Positions 40,602 through 51,671 of a DNA stretch of 64,000 nucleotides are shown here, in pieces. Each line of letters starts with the position of its first letter. Position 1 is the stretch's first letter. The notes beneath the pieces were generated by a model, which did no database searches, had not been told where the DNA came from, and saw only the letters and a program-made list of their open reading frames with translations. The stretch spans positions 32,001-96,000 of the forward strand of contig JAUVNS010000015.1 of the NCBI GenBank assembly GCA_030599585.1, given 5' to 3'. A program made the position numbers and the translations under genes. Origin of the DNA: Promethearchaeota archaeon. Its GTDB lineage: Archaea; Asgardarchaeota; Lokiarchaeia; Sigyniarchaeales; SOKP01.

Positions 40602-40760
40602 GGTTGTGTTCCGGAGTTTTTACTCCAACTTTTTTATTTTCTTTCTTTTTGTTTTTGTAGTATTTGTAGCGTTTGTGTTTTGATGTGTTCCTTACGTTAA
40701 TTTTTTCAATTTTCTTATCCTGAAGTGCGTTGGGGTTGTGTTCCGGAGTTTTCACTCCAA
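40602..40760 (+). repeat. Dispersed ~155-nt composite repeat (full copy 2)
   Basis: Two cores plus TTTTCTTATCCTGAAGTGCGTTGGGG linker, as at 37307..37462. Confidence 0.9.
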
Positions 40761-40830
40761 ACTTTTTTATTTTAGATAAATTAAACAATTAATTCTCTTT
40801 TTATATCGCTTCATTTTGTGTCTATCATTC

Positions 40831-43011
40831 TCAATAGAATAATGTGATAAAAATTGGAGCAGTAAAGATAATTCCAGTAAGAACAGAAATGATTATTAAT
40901 ATTATACCAATTTTATGAAGATCTTTTGTGGGATCAGATAAAATTTCTCTTCCGAAAAATCCAATTAATAATGTTAAAAATGTTAGAACAAATCTTAGAG
41001 TAGATAGATCAAATGAATTCACAAAAATTAATGGATTTATAATTGAAATTATATATATTATACCAGAAGTAATCATCAATATTAACATAAAAAAGATTCC
41101 TATTATCCAACACCAAATCCTACCCGCTATAGGAATCTCTAAGTCAATATCGAATTCTATGATTTTTTTTAATTTTTTCCTTCTTGGTATATTGAAAGAT
41201 ATGATATCAGAAGATAAATCTGTAGGTAATTTAGTATATAACCCTCTGAGGATATCCTTCATCTCTTTAGCAAATCTTATTCTATGAAATCTAGGAGCAT
41301 ACGCTAAAAAGTAATAAGAGCAATCCTCCCGTAAGTCTATCGTTAAAGGATAAACATTTTTTTTTTGGTTGAAAAAATTAACTATAGATAATTTATTATA
41401 AATGAATTCTCTATTTATTTCACTCATTAGTGATGAATAATAGATGTATTGAGTTCTAAAAAGTAAAAAAGGATTATTAAATAGAACTATCCATAATATT
41501 GCACTTATTAGGACTGGTGCTAGTAAGATTTCAAAAAATAATGAAGAAATGAGAAAAACTGCCATAATAACATTAAAAAAAAATCTCACTCCTCTAAATT
41601 TCTTAGATAACGATGTTTTCCTATTTATCATTCTCGAATATTTCTTATTCTTTCGAATTGTTTTTTTAGTTATGATTTTCAAATTGAATTCTTCATTATT
41701 TATTGCACTATCTAAATATATAGGGATGGATGTTTTATGGAAAAAACCTTCATAACTTGTTCCTAAAGGAAATACTTGGTTCCCATCTAAGAAAATTTCA
41801 ATTGAGACTGGATTAAATGATTTATAATCTCGTATACATTTATCTAAATCTCTAAAAACAAATTTGTAAATTTCATTGTATAAGATTTCAGATAAGCTAT
41901 CTAGAAATAGCTTCCTTTTTATATTATCTTCTGGTTCTTTATTCTCACTATTTGTTTTAATCAAGAAACTTGTTATTTTTTCTTCGAATTTTTCTTTTAA
42001 TTTCCCGTGTTTCATCAATTTATTATGAGCTTTTGTAAATAGCATTAAAACTTGTGTAGTAAGGAGTGAAGTTACTGCTAAAATTATGAATGGAGATACA
42101 AACAATATTAGATAAATTATCCAAATAATTATATCCCCTACTATTAGATACCTTGATAAAAGAAAAAATGAAACCAAAAAGTAATAAGGAATTAAAATAC
42201 CGTAAAGAATCCATAACCATTTAAATGAAGTGTTATGATGAAGATAGACTTTTTTTTTTGAAAATGGATAACGTATTATATCTTCAAAATTCCCAGATTT
42301 CTCAATATGTTCTCTAATCTTTACTTTACTAATTTCTTCTTTAATCTCTTCTGAAATTTTAATTTTTTTTAACTTCGTTTCTCGTTCTTTATTATTTATC
42401 TCTTTTTCTATGAATTCTTCAATATTTTTAAAATTCGAATCTGATGGATTTAATATTTTTTCAAAAATAAAATGCCATATAATTTTTTCAAATAAGGTTT
42501 CTGATTCAGTTTCTAATAATATAGCATTTAAATTTTTTATTGGGTGTTTAATTAAACCATGTTGTTGAACTATTTCTTGATATCTAGGTGTTTTTTCTAT
42601 TTCTTGAATCTCTATAGTTAGTTTTTCATGAATTTTTATTGTTTCACTAACATATTCCTTATCCTTTACTTTTGCTAATAATCTATCAATTTTATTTAAC
42701 TTTTCTTTTATATCTTCAAAATTTTCAATATATTTCTTAATTTCTTTATTTCTCTTAAAAAACGCTTTATTATCAAGATAATTTTGATATTCCTCAACTG
42801 TTTTCTCAGGGATCCTAAAATAAGTGAGAGGTAATTCTAGTTTATAGTTAGAGTCTTTTGATCTTTCACTTTCCTCAAATCTTATTAAATATGAAGTCTC
42901 TTCCTCCACTTCATTTATATCATTAAATTTTAATATTTTTGATTCTCTCTTTATATGATACGGTATTAGTTTCCATTGTTCACTTCCAGAGGTATTATTT
43001 GAATCTTCCAT
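40831..43011 (-). CDS. Large multi-pass membrane protein of unknown function
   Basis: 726 aa; coiled-coil N-terminus and about 7 hydrophobic helices. Confidence 0.7.
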   Translation of the reverse strand: MEDSNNTSGSEQWKLIPYHIKRESKILKFNDINEVEEETSYLIRFEESERSKDSNYKLELPLTYFRIPEKTVEEYQNYLDNKAFFKRNKEIKKYIENFEDIKEKLNKIDRLLAKVKDKEYVSETIKIHEKLTIEIQEIEKTPRYQEIVQQHGLIKHPIKNLNAILLETESETLFEKIIWHFIFEKILNPSDSNFKNIEEFIEKEINNKERETKLKKIKISEEIKEEISKVKIREHIEKSGNFEDIIRYPFSKKKVYLHHNTSFKWLWILYGILIPYYFLVSFFLLSRYLIVGDIIIWIIYLILFVSPFIILAVTSLLTTQVLMLFTKAHNKLMKHGKLKEKFEEKITSFLIKTNSENKEPEDNIKRKLFLDSLSEILYNEIYKFVFRDLDKCIRDYKSFNPVSIEIFLDGNQVFPLGTSYEGFFHKTSIPIYLDSAINNEEFNLKIITKKTIRKNKKYSRMINRKTSLSKKFRGVRFFFNVIMAVFLISSLFFEILLAPVLISAILWIVLFNNPFLLFRTQYIYYSSLMSEINREFIYNKLSIVNFFNQKKNVYPLTIDLREDCSYYFLAYAPRFHRIRFAKEMKDILRGLYTKLPTDLSSDIISFNIPRRKKLKKIIEFDIDLEIPIAGRIWCWIIGIFFMLILMITSGIIYIISIINPLIFVNSFDLSTLRFVLTFLTLLIGFFGREILSDPTKDLHKIGIILIIISVLTGIIFTAPIFITLFY

Positions 43012-43383
43012 AATCCATCCTTTTTAATATTAATGAATTGTTCATCTATTTTTGAAAATATATTAGACTTTTGACAAAATTGACTTTTTTAATATAATCC
43101 TTAATAATATTTAAATGATCATGTATACTAACTTATACATTTAAAGAATAATGAAAGCATTTTTAAAAAACATTGTTAAAAATTATGGAAAGTCAAAAGA
43201 AATATGACGCGAAGCTTGGGTTGAAGGGAAACCTGAAAGTGGTTATGTATTTGACTTTTTTGATTCTGATTGCATAGTACATAGAGAAGGGTTTTTTTCA
43301 TATTAACTTTTTATGCTATTAATTTATATCTTAAGATTTCTTCTGGAAATTAAGTCTTTTTGAAATTTTTTTGGGGATATCAA

Positions 43384-44430
43384 ATGAGCGAGGATGATTA
43401 TATAGATATTTATGATGAGAATGACCAAAATTGGAAAAAGTTGAAAAAAATTTATACTTTTGACGAGTTTGATCCAAATTTTTGGATAGGAACTGGATTG
43501 GAATTTGATGATAGCTATACTACTCTTTATGGTAGCATACCTGAAACTATAATACCTGTAGCAACATGGGGAACTGACTTTTATGTTGAAGAAAATCATA
43601 TTCTCTCCCCAGATGTTACTAACTTCATCGATTTAGTTAAAGATTTAAGTTCTAATAAAAATTTAATTGAAAGCTTTGAAAAAATAAATGAGGTTCAAGA
43701 TGATATAATAACTGGTAATTTAGCTAACGCTAAAATATTAGCCATACAATTATTAAAAGAATTCCAAAGAGAAAAATCCGATTTCGGTATAAAAAGAGCA
43801 AGAGAATTGATTAAACTTACTGAATTCGATCTTTCAAATGTTGTTCAGAAGAAGAAGATTATTCACGAATCAATTTATAATAATAAAATATCCAGATGCT
43901 TATTACACAAAGAAATTGATGCTAAATGTGTAAAGTTGAACGATATTAAGGAGACTATAGAGACTCCTGAAATCTTTGGATTTATCATGTATCAATTTCT
44001 TGGAAAGAAGTTTAAATTTAAAAATTTATTCCATTTCATAAAAATTAGAAGATATAGAAAAGAACAAGAAAAATTGAAAGAGTTAATAACAGAAATTAAT
44101 AATAATCGGTTAATAAATATTAAATACCCAAAAGATTCTACTAGTTTAGAAGTAAAAACTTGCGATTTTTGCAAAATCGCCCGCAGTTATGATTTCGGGA
44201 TTCTATTATTATCCCCACTTAATCCAAATGCTTTCTTAGAAGCCGGAATGTTTATGAGTTTGGGCAAAAGAGTTATTCTAATAAATAATGAAAAAGTTGT
44301 GAAATCAGCCCCATTCGATTTAACTCCATTTTTTTATATAAAATATCGTAATGTTAACGAATTGGAAGCAAATTGGAATAGGAAAATTCCGAACTTTATA
44401 GAAGATATGATAAAACAATATATACTATAG
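43384..44430 (+). CDS. Protein with C-terminal nucleoside 2-deoxyribosyltransferase/TIR-like domain
   Basis: DFGILLLSPLNPNAFLEAGMFMSLGKRVILI...PFDL..IKY. Confidence 0.6.
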   Translation: MSEDDYIDIYDENDQNWKKLKKIYTFDEFDPNFWIGTGLEFDDSYTTLYGSIPETIIPVATWGTDFYVEENHILSPDVTNFIDLVKDLSSNKNLIESFEKINEVQDDIITGNLANAKILAIQLLKEFQREKSDFGIKRARELIKLTEFDLSNVVQKKKIIHESIYNNKISRCLLHKEIDAKCVKLNDIKETIETPEIFGFIMYQFLGKKFKFKNLFHFIKIRRYRKEQEKLKELITEINNNRLINIKYPKDSTSLEVKTCDFCKIARSYDFGILLLSPLNPNAFLEAGMFMSLGKRVILINNEKVVKSAPFDLTPFFYIKYRNVNELEANWNRKIPNFIEDMIKQYIL

Positions 44431-44537
44431 ATTATCATTTCTTGGATTTTTAAATCTAGAATCTCTAAGTAAGATTTGGGGAGAATTATTTGATAGCTCC
44501 ATTAAAATTGGGTTTATACCATTCAAAGTATTATTTA

Positions 44538-45605
44538 TTATACCTTTTCAAAAACCCATTTGTCTAATTGGTGATAAATTAGTTCAAGTAAATTTTGAGA
44601 ACAATCTAGACCATAATCCTCTTTAATTTGAAGGAAAACTTTAGTGATATGTTTGCAAAATCGCTTACTCCATTTTCTATCTGTTAAGAAATCAGTACAA
44701 TCATGCTTTAATATATTATTTTCAAAATCTATTATAAGTTGATAATCTGTTTTGGTTCCTTCTATAAGACTATAAGCTTGCCTATTTTTATCAATGGATA
44801 AGTTTTTTATAACGACTTTGTCTATTTTTTTTCTGTCCCGATGCAGGTCCAAATATGAAAAATATAATAGTAAGTCATCAAAATTGAATTCTGTAAAAAC
44901 TGGCCAATTTTCATGTGGATAATGTCTTCCCGCAACTATGATATTGATTTCACCAGCATTTTTTTCCTTAAAAGCTCTTGCTAAATCCCATGTTGTTGAT
45001 CCTGTAGTAAAAATATCGTCTAAAATTAAAACCTTATTCTTTTCCAAATTAGTAATGTCGACTCTATGGATACCTTTAATCTCATCGTATCTCTCTAAGA
45101 ATTTTTTATGTTTATGCTCTCCAATTTCCATTAATCTTACAACTTTATTTGATATATCTTGAATTTTAAAACCTGCTGTTTTAAACTTTTTAATTAAAGG
45201 AGCTAAAATAAAATCGCATTGGTTCACTTCAGTAGTATTAAATTTTGGGACAATAGTTATATAATTTGTGTCTTCTATTAACTTAGGATATGTTTTGGTT
45301 AACTGGAATAGACCATCAGCAATTAAATCGCCAGCATACTTTTTAAATGTCTTCTGCTTCCTAAATTTTAGAATATTGACGACTTCTGTTAAATTATTAA
45401 TTGGTATTTTTTCATAATTATGATATATTCCAAGGGCTTTTACTTCATTAAAATACCAACCATCATCTTCAAATGGAGGATTCGCACAAGTATAACATAA
45501 ATGTTGGTCTTCACTATAAGGGTTCATACATTTTTGACAATAAGGTTCATTGATAATCCTTACCGGTATTTTTCCTTTAAGATAAATAAAGTTAGTTTTT
45601 GTCAT
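44538..45605 (-). CDS. ComF-like phosphoribosyltransferase with N-terminal Zn ribbon and C-terminal SWIM-like finger
   Basis: CQKC..CYTC; VLILDDIFTTGST PRPP loop; HDCTDF..FCKH. Confidence 0.82.
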   Translation of the reverse strand: MTKTNFIYLKGKIPVRIINEPYCQKCMNPYSEDQHLCYTCANPPFEDDGWYFNEVKALGIYHNYEKIPINNLTEVVNILKFRKQKTFKKYAGDLIADGLFQLTKTYPKLIEDTNYITIVPKFNTTEVNQCDFILAPLIKKFKTAGFKIQDISNKVVRLMEIGEHKHKKFLERYDEIKGIHRVDITNLEKNKVLILDDIFTTGSTTWDLARAFKEKNAGEINIIVAGRHYPHENWPVFTEFNFDDLLLYFSYLDLHRDRKKIDKVVIKNLSIDKNRQAYSLIEGTKTDYQLIIDFENNILKHDCTDFLTDRKWSKRFCKHITKVFLQIKEDYGLDCSQNLLELIYHQLDKWVFEKV

Positions 45606-45626
45606 TCAATACAACGAGAAGATTTG

Positions 45627-46637
45627 TCAGTATTTCGTCAAACTTGTCTGCTTAGATAGAATGTTACTTTTACCGAGATTTAATCTTTTCCTTTCTTCAT
45701 ATTCATTCAGTAGTACTTCTACCACAAAATCGACATCATCTACAGAAGTAATTTTCCCCCCTCCTTTTTCGTTAAGTATCCAATTAGGAATAAATGCTTG
45801 TTCAACCTCATCATCGATGGGTTCAACTGCAAAAGCGGGCTTTCTTTGTTCTAATCCGTATTTAAATTGCCACCTTGTTCCGCTGTGTTCAGTCCCTTCA
45901 ATAAAAATGTTTCCTAATCCTAACCCACTAGTAATGCGATTTCTAATTTGCAATGCTCTTTTTATAACATTTTCTAACGGAAATCTTTCTGATAAGATTG
46001 CTCCATTTTCTATTAACTTTTTTACTAAATATTGATTTTCTTTAGGGTAAAGATTTAATATTCCGGAAGCAATCACCCCTATCGCCCTACCGCCCTCATT
46101 TAATGCAGTTTCTATCGCAATAGTATCAATTCCTCTTGCCAATCCACTCACAATTGTGAATCCTTTTTCTACTAACCTTTTAGATATCAACTTTGTCATT
46201 TTTGTTCCATATTTCGTTGGATTTCTTGTTCCTATTATAGCAACTGCTCTCTCATCTTTTGGTTTGATATCACCTTTGATAAATATCAGTTTAGGTGGTC
46301 TTTTTAGGGTTTTTAATAAAGTAGGATACACTTTATCAAAATAACTTAGACATTTAATGTTATTATCTTGACAAATTTGCAAATCTTCTTTTATTCTCTC
46401 AAACGTCTTTCCTCTGTTCTTATTGGCAAACTTACTAACTTTCTCATCTAAACCTCTAATCGGGACCTCATCAACAGATTTAAGATTTGTTAACAATTTC
46501 CTAAAATCATTTTCTGTATAATTTACGACCTCACTAAATGAAACTCTATCTTTAATTATTTTAAGTGCTTGCAGAGACAAAGGAACTTCTCTGCTTAAAA
46601 AAATGTAATCCACTAGATGAATTTTCTGCACCAACAC
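45627..46637 (-). CDS. dprA: DprA/Smf (SLOG) protein
   Basis: YPTLLK..PP, VAIIGTRNPT.YG, IVSGLARGID, RNRITSGL. Confidence 0.9.
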   Translation of the reverse strand: MLVQKIHLVDYIFLSREVPLSLQALKIIKDRVSFSEVVNYTENDFRKLLTNLKSVDEVPIRGLDEKVSKFANKNRGKTFERIKEDLQICQDNNIKCLSYFDKVYPTLLKTLKRPPKLIFIKGDIKPKDERAVAIIGTRNPTKYGTKMTKLISKRLVEKGFTIVSGLARGIDTIAIETALNEGGRAIGVIASGILNLYPKENQYLVKKLIENGAILSERFPLENVIKRALQIRNRITSGLGLGNIFIEGTEHSGTRWQFKYGLEQRKPAFAVEPIDDEVEQAFIPNWILNEKGGGKITSVDDVDFVVEVLLNEYEERKRLNLGKSNILSKQTSLTKY

Positions 46638-46894
46638 ATGAACCTTAAGTACTATTACCTATAAATTTAACAACAGTAATAGGGATTAATAATTTTTGTG
46701 TTTTATTTTATTCCGATTTTCTTCAATAAACAGTAGTCTTAAGATAAAAATAGAATATTTTAACTATATTAAAACTACAGATCACATTAATGAAATGACA
46801 AAATAATCAAATTTATTTGTTAGAGCGATTTTGGGATATTAAACGGGTTTGACATTCTAAGTTAATTTAATTTTTATTTTAAGGAATTTCGATT

Positions 46895-47896
46895 ATGGAG
46901 GAATTAAAAAAAGATTTAGAAAGAATATGTGGGCCATTATTTAAGGACTTACAAAAAGAGGTTGATTTATTTATGCTAATGATGGATAGCTTAGAGGATG
47001 ATAAAAAATCATCAATAACGCATGTCTTTGAGAGAAATTTAAGGTGGAATAATCTCACAATAGAAAAAATAAATGATCCTTTTTATTTAGAACAAACTCT
47101 CCAATTTTTTAAAGAGATTAAGCAATCAAACTTTGATCATTTTGATGATGGGGATAGGACAGGAAATTATAATCATTATTCTCATGGTTATTCTATGAAC
47201 CATATCATAAATCCATTGAAGGAAAAGCTAAATGAAATTGTAGCTTTTAAGGAGCAATACTTTGATGAGATTTATTTATATGGGATAAAGACAAAACTTG
47301 AAGAAACCCCCGAAGAATATATTAAAATTGATTTCAACGAGTTTGGACTTCCATATTACGCTAATTTCTTTAAAAGAATTAATAGAGCTGCGGCAGATGA
47401 TGTATTATTTACAATTATTCCCGTTCTATTACGGTGTGTTGTTGAAGATATCCTACACTTAATACTTCTTAAAAGCTTACACAAAAAACATATTGAATTA
47501 TACTACGATGTCTTTAATAATAGAATTCGAAATCTTTCACAATTAATTGCTTTATTCGATTTGTTGAGGAAGAAAGAATTTAAGAGAGTCGTCAGCATTA
47601 CCGATGATATTATAAAGGCATTAAATGAAATTCGAAGTCGAGGAAATTATAGTATTCATGATGTGGATGAAAATATAACTCGAAGTTTTGTAGATCAATG
47701 GAATGAACGAATAGAAATTACTTTACGATCTCTTTTAAAATCATACTTAGTCCTAAAAGATGAAACAATCGAAATCTCACCTGAAAGAGAACAATTTATA
47801 ATAGAAAAATTAAGTATAAAGAAAAAACCCATTAAATTAAAGGAAAGTAATACAAAATCAAGAATAAAAACCCGCCGAAAATCTAGCAAAAAATAA
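46895..47896 (+). CDS. DUF4145/HEPN-like protein
   Basis: LLRCVVEDIL and IRSRGNYSIH (RxxGNxxxH). Confidence 0.55.
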   Translation: MEELKKDLERICGPLFKDLQKEVDLFMLMMDSLEDDKKSSITHVFERNLRWNNLTIEKINDPFYLEQTLQFFKEIKQSNFDHFDDGDRTGNYNHYSHGYSMNHIINPLKEKLNEIVAFKEQYFDEIYLYGIKTKLEETPEEYIKIDFNEFGLPYYANFFKRINRAAADDVLFTIIPVLLRCVVEDILHLILLKSLHKKHIELYYDVFNNRIRNLSQLIALFDLLRKKEFKRVVSITDDIIKALNEIRSRGNYSIHDVDENITRSFVDQWNERIEITLRSLLKSYLVLKDETIEISPEREQFIIEKLSIKKKPIKLKESNTKSRIKTRRKSSKK

Positions 47897-47921
47897 CTTC
47901 TACCAAAATTAAATTTAGATC

Positions 47922-50789
47922 CTAATACAAAATATCAATAGTTTTATTCAAATGAGGAATTATTTTTTTTCGATATTTTTTAACTTGCTCTATTGTCAAA
48001 ACCTCACGATGGGTAATTCTGTTTCTTATATTAACAATCGATTCACTTGCTTTCTGAATTATGTCTAATTCTTCATTAGTAAATTTATCTTTTAAACATA
48101 ATCGAAATTCTTCAAGATCTGGATCTTTTTGTTTGTTATGAAAATCTTTAATGATTCTAATCCACTTGCCGAGAGTGATATTCTTATTTTCTATTAACCA
48201 TCCAAATTTCTGATTCAAATCATGTGAAGTGTCTCCTCTCATATATTTGTTCTTAAACTTTTTAACTAATACTGAAAAGTGGCCAGCTATCTTCTCATTA
48301 AACATATTCTCTAAAGCTTTTGAATATCCTAAAATGATATCAGAAGCGTCAAAACTATCATCTTTGTTTCTATAGTCGAGAATTTTTCTTTCTGAGGTTT
48401 TTAATATATTTTTAATCTCAACATTTTCAATATTAAAAATATTGATTATAGATTTCGAAGAAGCGTCAATTATAAGTAATTCATTCTTGTAATTCTGTAT
48501 TTGAGCTTCTTTTCTCCCGAGTTTTTCTGCAATCAAAATTGCTTTTTCTAATGTTTTTTTGGCATTCTCATAATCTTGCTTTCTAGCGTAAATTTGAGCT
48601 AGATTTCGATAAGCAAAATCAAAATTATTATCTAATTCGATTGCTTTATAGAAGTATGAAATAGCACTATCATGATCACCTAAATCGGAGTAGACTCCCG
48701 CGATATCATTAAAAATTGTTGCTTGAATTTTTTCATCTTTTATATATTCCAGTTCTTTGTTGAAAAATTTAATTGCTAACTCTGAAAATCCATTTTCTGC
48801 TAGTACATAACCAAAATTAAGTAAAAAAAAATTGCATATTTGTTCCTCTAATTCATTCAGCATTGGTAGTAACATAATGAATTTAGCTTTTTTTAATGAA
48901 TTCATTAAATTCTTAAACCAAAAGTCAAAAAAAGGAAGAGCGTTGGGATTTTCTTTAAACAAGCGATAAATTTCTTCTAATTTGCTTTTAGATTTTTCTT
49001 TATTATTTGCTATAAAGAGAAATATGAAATAGTACAATTCCGATTGAAAATCCTTCTGTAATAACAGTAATTTTTCAAAATAAGCCTGAGACTGCTCCCA
49101 ATCGCTAACATAAAAATAAGATAGGGCTATTCCCAGATAAATTTTATCATTATAATTTTTGATAGCGTATTTCTCTGACAACTGATGCGCCATGTTAAGA
49201 AATTCGATAGAGAGATTAAAACTGAAGGTTTTTTGAAGAAATATACCATTCTTGATTAAAACCTCAATATCTTTTCTATATTCAAGAGAAGATAATTTTT
49301 TTTGAGACATGCCAGTCTCTTCAAAAGTTTTAATCCTATCTTCTAAATCGTCGATTTCATAATTGCTTATTGTTTCATCAATAAATTTTAGTGCTTTCTT
49401 TAAATAATCTCTTTCTAATTCAAAATTATGCATTCTCTTTGAAGCGATTGTTAAATTTTTATAAAGGGCAAACTTTTTACCAATGCTTTTCAAACTGCCG
49501 ATTACTTCTTCGGCTTGTAAAAAGATTTCATTCATTTTAACCGTATTTCCGAATTGACCGTAACATTCACCAATATTTTTTAAACATACTCCTTTTTGGT
49601 AATCTAAGTTAAATTCTGGTTTATCCTGTGTAGATCCCTTAATATCCCTAAAAAAAGAACTAAGACTAGCTTGTTTAATCCATTTATAAGCTTTTTCATA
49701 GTAAAAGATTGCTTTTTCGTAATTTTTCAAATTCCTATACACGGTGGCTAAGCTCTCAAAAAAAGAATACTTTTCTGAATCGTTTACTTGGTCCATGTAG
49801 GAATCTAGTATGATTAAATATATATCAAGTGCTAGATCATAGAACCCATTTTTGTTCAGATAACTAGTAGCGAGTTTCCATATCCAAAAATCCCATTTAT
49901 ATTCATATTTTTGAAGTAGGGATATTAAATCGTCAAACTCAAATTTCGTATTTAAAAGGTTTAGTTTTTCTTCAAGACTTAAATCTGTAAAATATAACAT
50001 AGAAGCAACAGACAATAGATTATTGAAGAACATTGGATATTGAGATACTGTATCCACAGATTCTTCTACATCTAATACTTGAAATACATTCATCCTCAAT
50101 TTTTCTTTTAAAGGGTAAGCGAATAAATTTTCTAAATCAACTGGATGATAAATAAACGGGTTCTCCACATCGTAAAGAACGCTGTTATCTAAATTTTCTA
50201 ACAAGAATGACTTAAGAATAAATTCATACAAGACTGGGTGAGAATCTTCTTCATATGGAAACACAGTCCTAAAAAGTTCGCTGACATAAAATCTTGATGT
50301 TTTGTATTCTTTTAAATATGATTGTACATTTGCAGCATTTTCTAAATCTTCCTTGTTCAAATAATATTTAAGTAGTTGCTGCAAATAATTTATTGCATAA
50401 GAATTTGTACCAGATAGTTTTTTCAAAATTTCTGATGGCGTATCTATGGGTGATATCATATTTGCTTTTGGAACTTTAGCTTCTAATGATGTGATAATAT
50501 CTTCCTCGTACATAATACTTTGAGCAAGTATCTCGGATATTTTAGGCATAACTTTCTTATAGATTTCTTTATCACTTAGAATTCTATAAAAAATTAAATT
50601 CTTGAAGGCAACATCCCTATTTCTCCTTATCAAGAAAGAATTATCCAAGCCAAGATGTTTTGCTATTTCAATTCTCTCTTCCTCTGAAGTTTTTAAAATT
50701 TTATTCCTAAAAGTCTTTTGATATTCAAGACTCCAATTTATCCATGTGAAATGAATTCGCATGAAATTAAGATTAGATGAACTAGTCAT
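47922..50789 (-). CDS. TPR-repeat protein with C-terminal HEPN-like domain
   Basis: Multiple TPRs (LATVYRNLKNYEKAIFYYEKA, AISYFYKAIELD); KALE..ITLGKW..IRNRITH (RNxxxH). Confidence 0.75.
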   Translation of the reverse strand: MTSSSNLNFMRIHFTWINWSLEYQKTFRNKILKTSEEERIEIAKHLGLDNSFLIRRNRDVAFKNLIFYRILSDKEIYKKVMPKISEILAQSIMYEEDIITSLEAKVPKANMISPIDTPSEILKKLSGTNSYAINYLQQLLKYYLNKEDLENAANVQSYLKEYKTSRFYVSELFRTVFPYEEDSHPVLYEFILKSFLLENLDNSVLYDVENPFIYHPVDLENLFAYPLKEKLRMNVFQVLDVEESVDTVSQYPMFFNNLLSVASMLYFTDLSLEEKLNLLNTKFEFDDLISLLQKYEYKWDFWIWKLATSYLNKNGFYDLALDIYLIILDSYMDQVNDSEKYSFFESLATVYRNLKNYEKAIFYYEKAYKWIKQASLSSFFRDIKGSTQDKPEFNLDYQKGVCLKNIGECYGQFGNTVKMNEIFLQAEEVIGSLKSIGKKFALYKNLTIASKRMHNFELERDYLKKALKFIDETISNYEIDDLEDRIKTFEETGMSQKKLSSLEYRKDIEVLIKNGIFLQKTFSFNLSIEFLNMAHQLSEKYAIKNYNDKIYLGIALSYFYVSDWEQSQAYFEKLLLLQKDFQSELYYFIFLFIANNKEKSKSKLEEIYRLFKENPNALPFFDFWFKNLMNSLKKAKFIMLLPMLNELEEQICNFFLLNFGYVLAENGFSELAIKFFNKELEYIKDEKIQATIFNDIAGVYSDLGDHDSAISYFYKAIELDNNFDFAYRNLAQIYARKQDYENAKKTLEKAILIAEKLGRKEAQIQNYKNELLIIDASSKSIINIFNIENVEIKNILKTSERKILDYRNKDDSFDASDIILGYSKALENMFNEKIAGHFSVLVKKFKNKYMRGDTSHDLNQKFGWLIENKNITLGKWIRIIKDFHNKQKDPDLEEFRLCLKDKFTNEELDIIQKASESIVNIRNRITHREVLTIEQVKKYRKKIIPHLNKTIDILY

Positions 50790-51084
50790 GATAAAATATA
50801 TGCATCATTCATTTTTGTTTTGCTTCAAAATTATAATCAGTTAAACCTACAGAGCCTTTTAAAAAGAATTTATTCAATTTTCAAAAAATCTTAAAAATTT
50901 CACTAAATTAAAGGATTTGCGTCTAAATGATGATTTAATTATATTAAAATAAAGAATATTCTCATATTAAAATTTAAGTGGCTTTTTTTCTATTTATATA
51001 AACGAAGAAATATTATATTATGATAAATTTGTGTTAGGCTTGCCTCTTTTGTTTTATTATTATAAATCGCTAATACTTTTTAGG

Positions 51085-51522
51085 TTATGAGATGTCCGAG
51101 AATCTTCTTTCTAAGATAATAATTAATTTCTGTGCATCTTCTGTTTTTTTCTTACTTAATTCAGCGTACATCGCACATAGGACTCTAAACTTAGTTTCAT
51201 TCATAACCGAAAATTTTAATGAGTTTTTACATCTATCAAAATGATCTCGTATTTTGATTTTGTAGGCTTTTTCTTTGATGTATTCGTTTTTATCCTGTTC
51301 AGTCAAGAAACTTAATAGATAATAATGCTGTTCTGGATTCAAATCAAATAACTCAAGCAGATCAAAAATTCTTTCAAAATCTTCAATTTTTCTACTATTG
51401 ATTATCTTTTCTCTAAGTAAAGCAATAGCAACAGACTTTTTGATTTCTTTATTCTGATACTTCTGATAAACTTCGTCCGGTGTCAAATATGATAAATCAG
51501 GCATCTCAAATATAATATCCAT
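51085..51522 (-). CDS. Hypothetical helical protein
   Basis: 145-aa ORF; no recognised catalytic motif. Confidence 0.55.
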   Translation of the reverse strand: MDIIFEMPDLSYLTPDEVYQKYQNKEIKKSVAIALLREKIINSRKIEDFERIFDLLELFDLNPEQHYYLLSFLTEQDKNEYIKEKAYKIKIRDHFDRCKNSLKFSVMNETKFRVLCAMYAELSKKKTEDAQKLIIILERRFSDIS

Positions 51523-51671
51523 TTATAATTATTTAAATTTCGATTAAATTAAATCAACTTCTATATTGTTGTCTTTTTCCTTGATGATTATTTGTCGTAT
51601 TTAATATACTGGTAGAATAATTTATTTACTTTGGGCCTCTCTCGATTTTTCGTAATTTAAAATAAAAAGGA

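Noticed and set aside
37307-40760. 28-nt hairpin repeat as a CRISPR repeat
   Set aside because: Spacing is irregular (100 nt to many kb) and the sequence between paired cores is itself conserved, not a unique spacer
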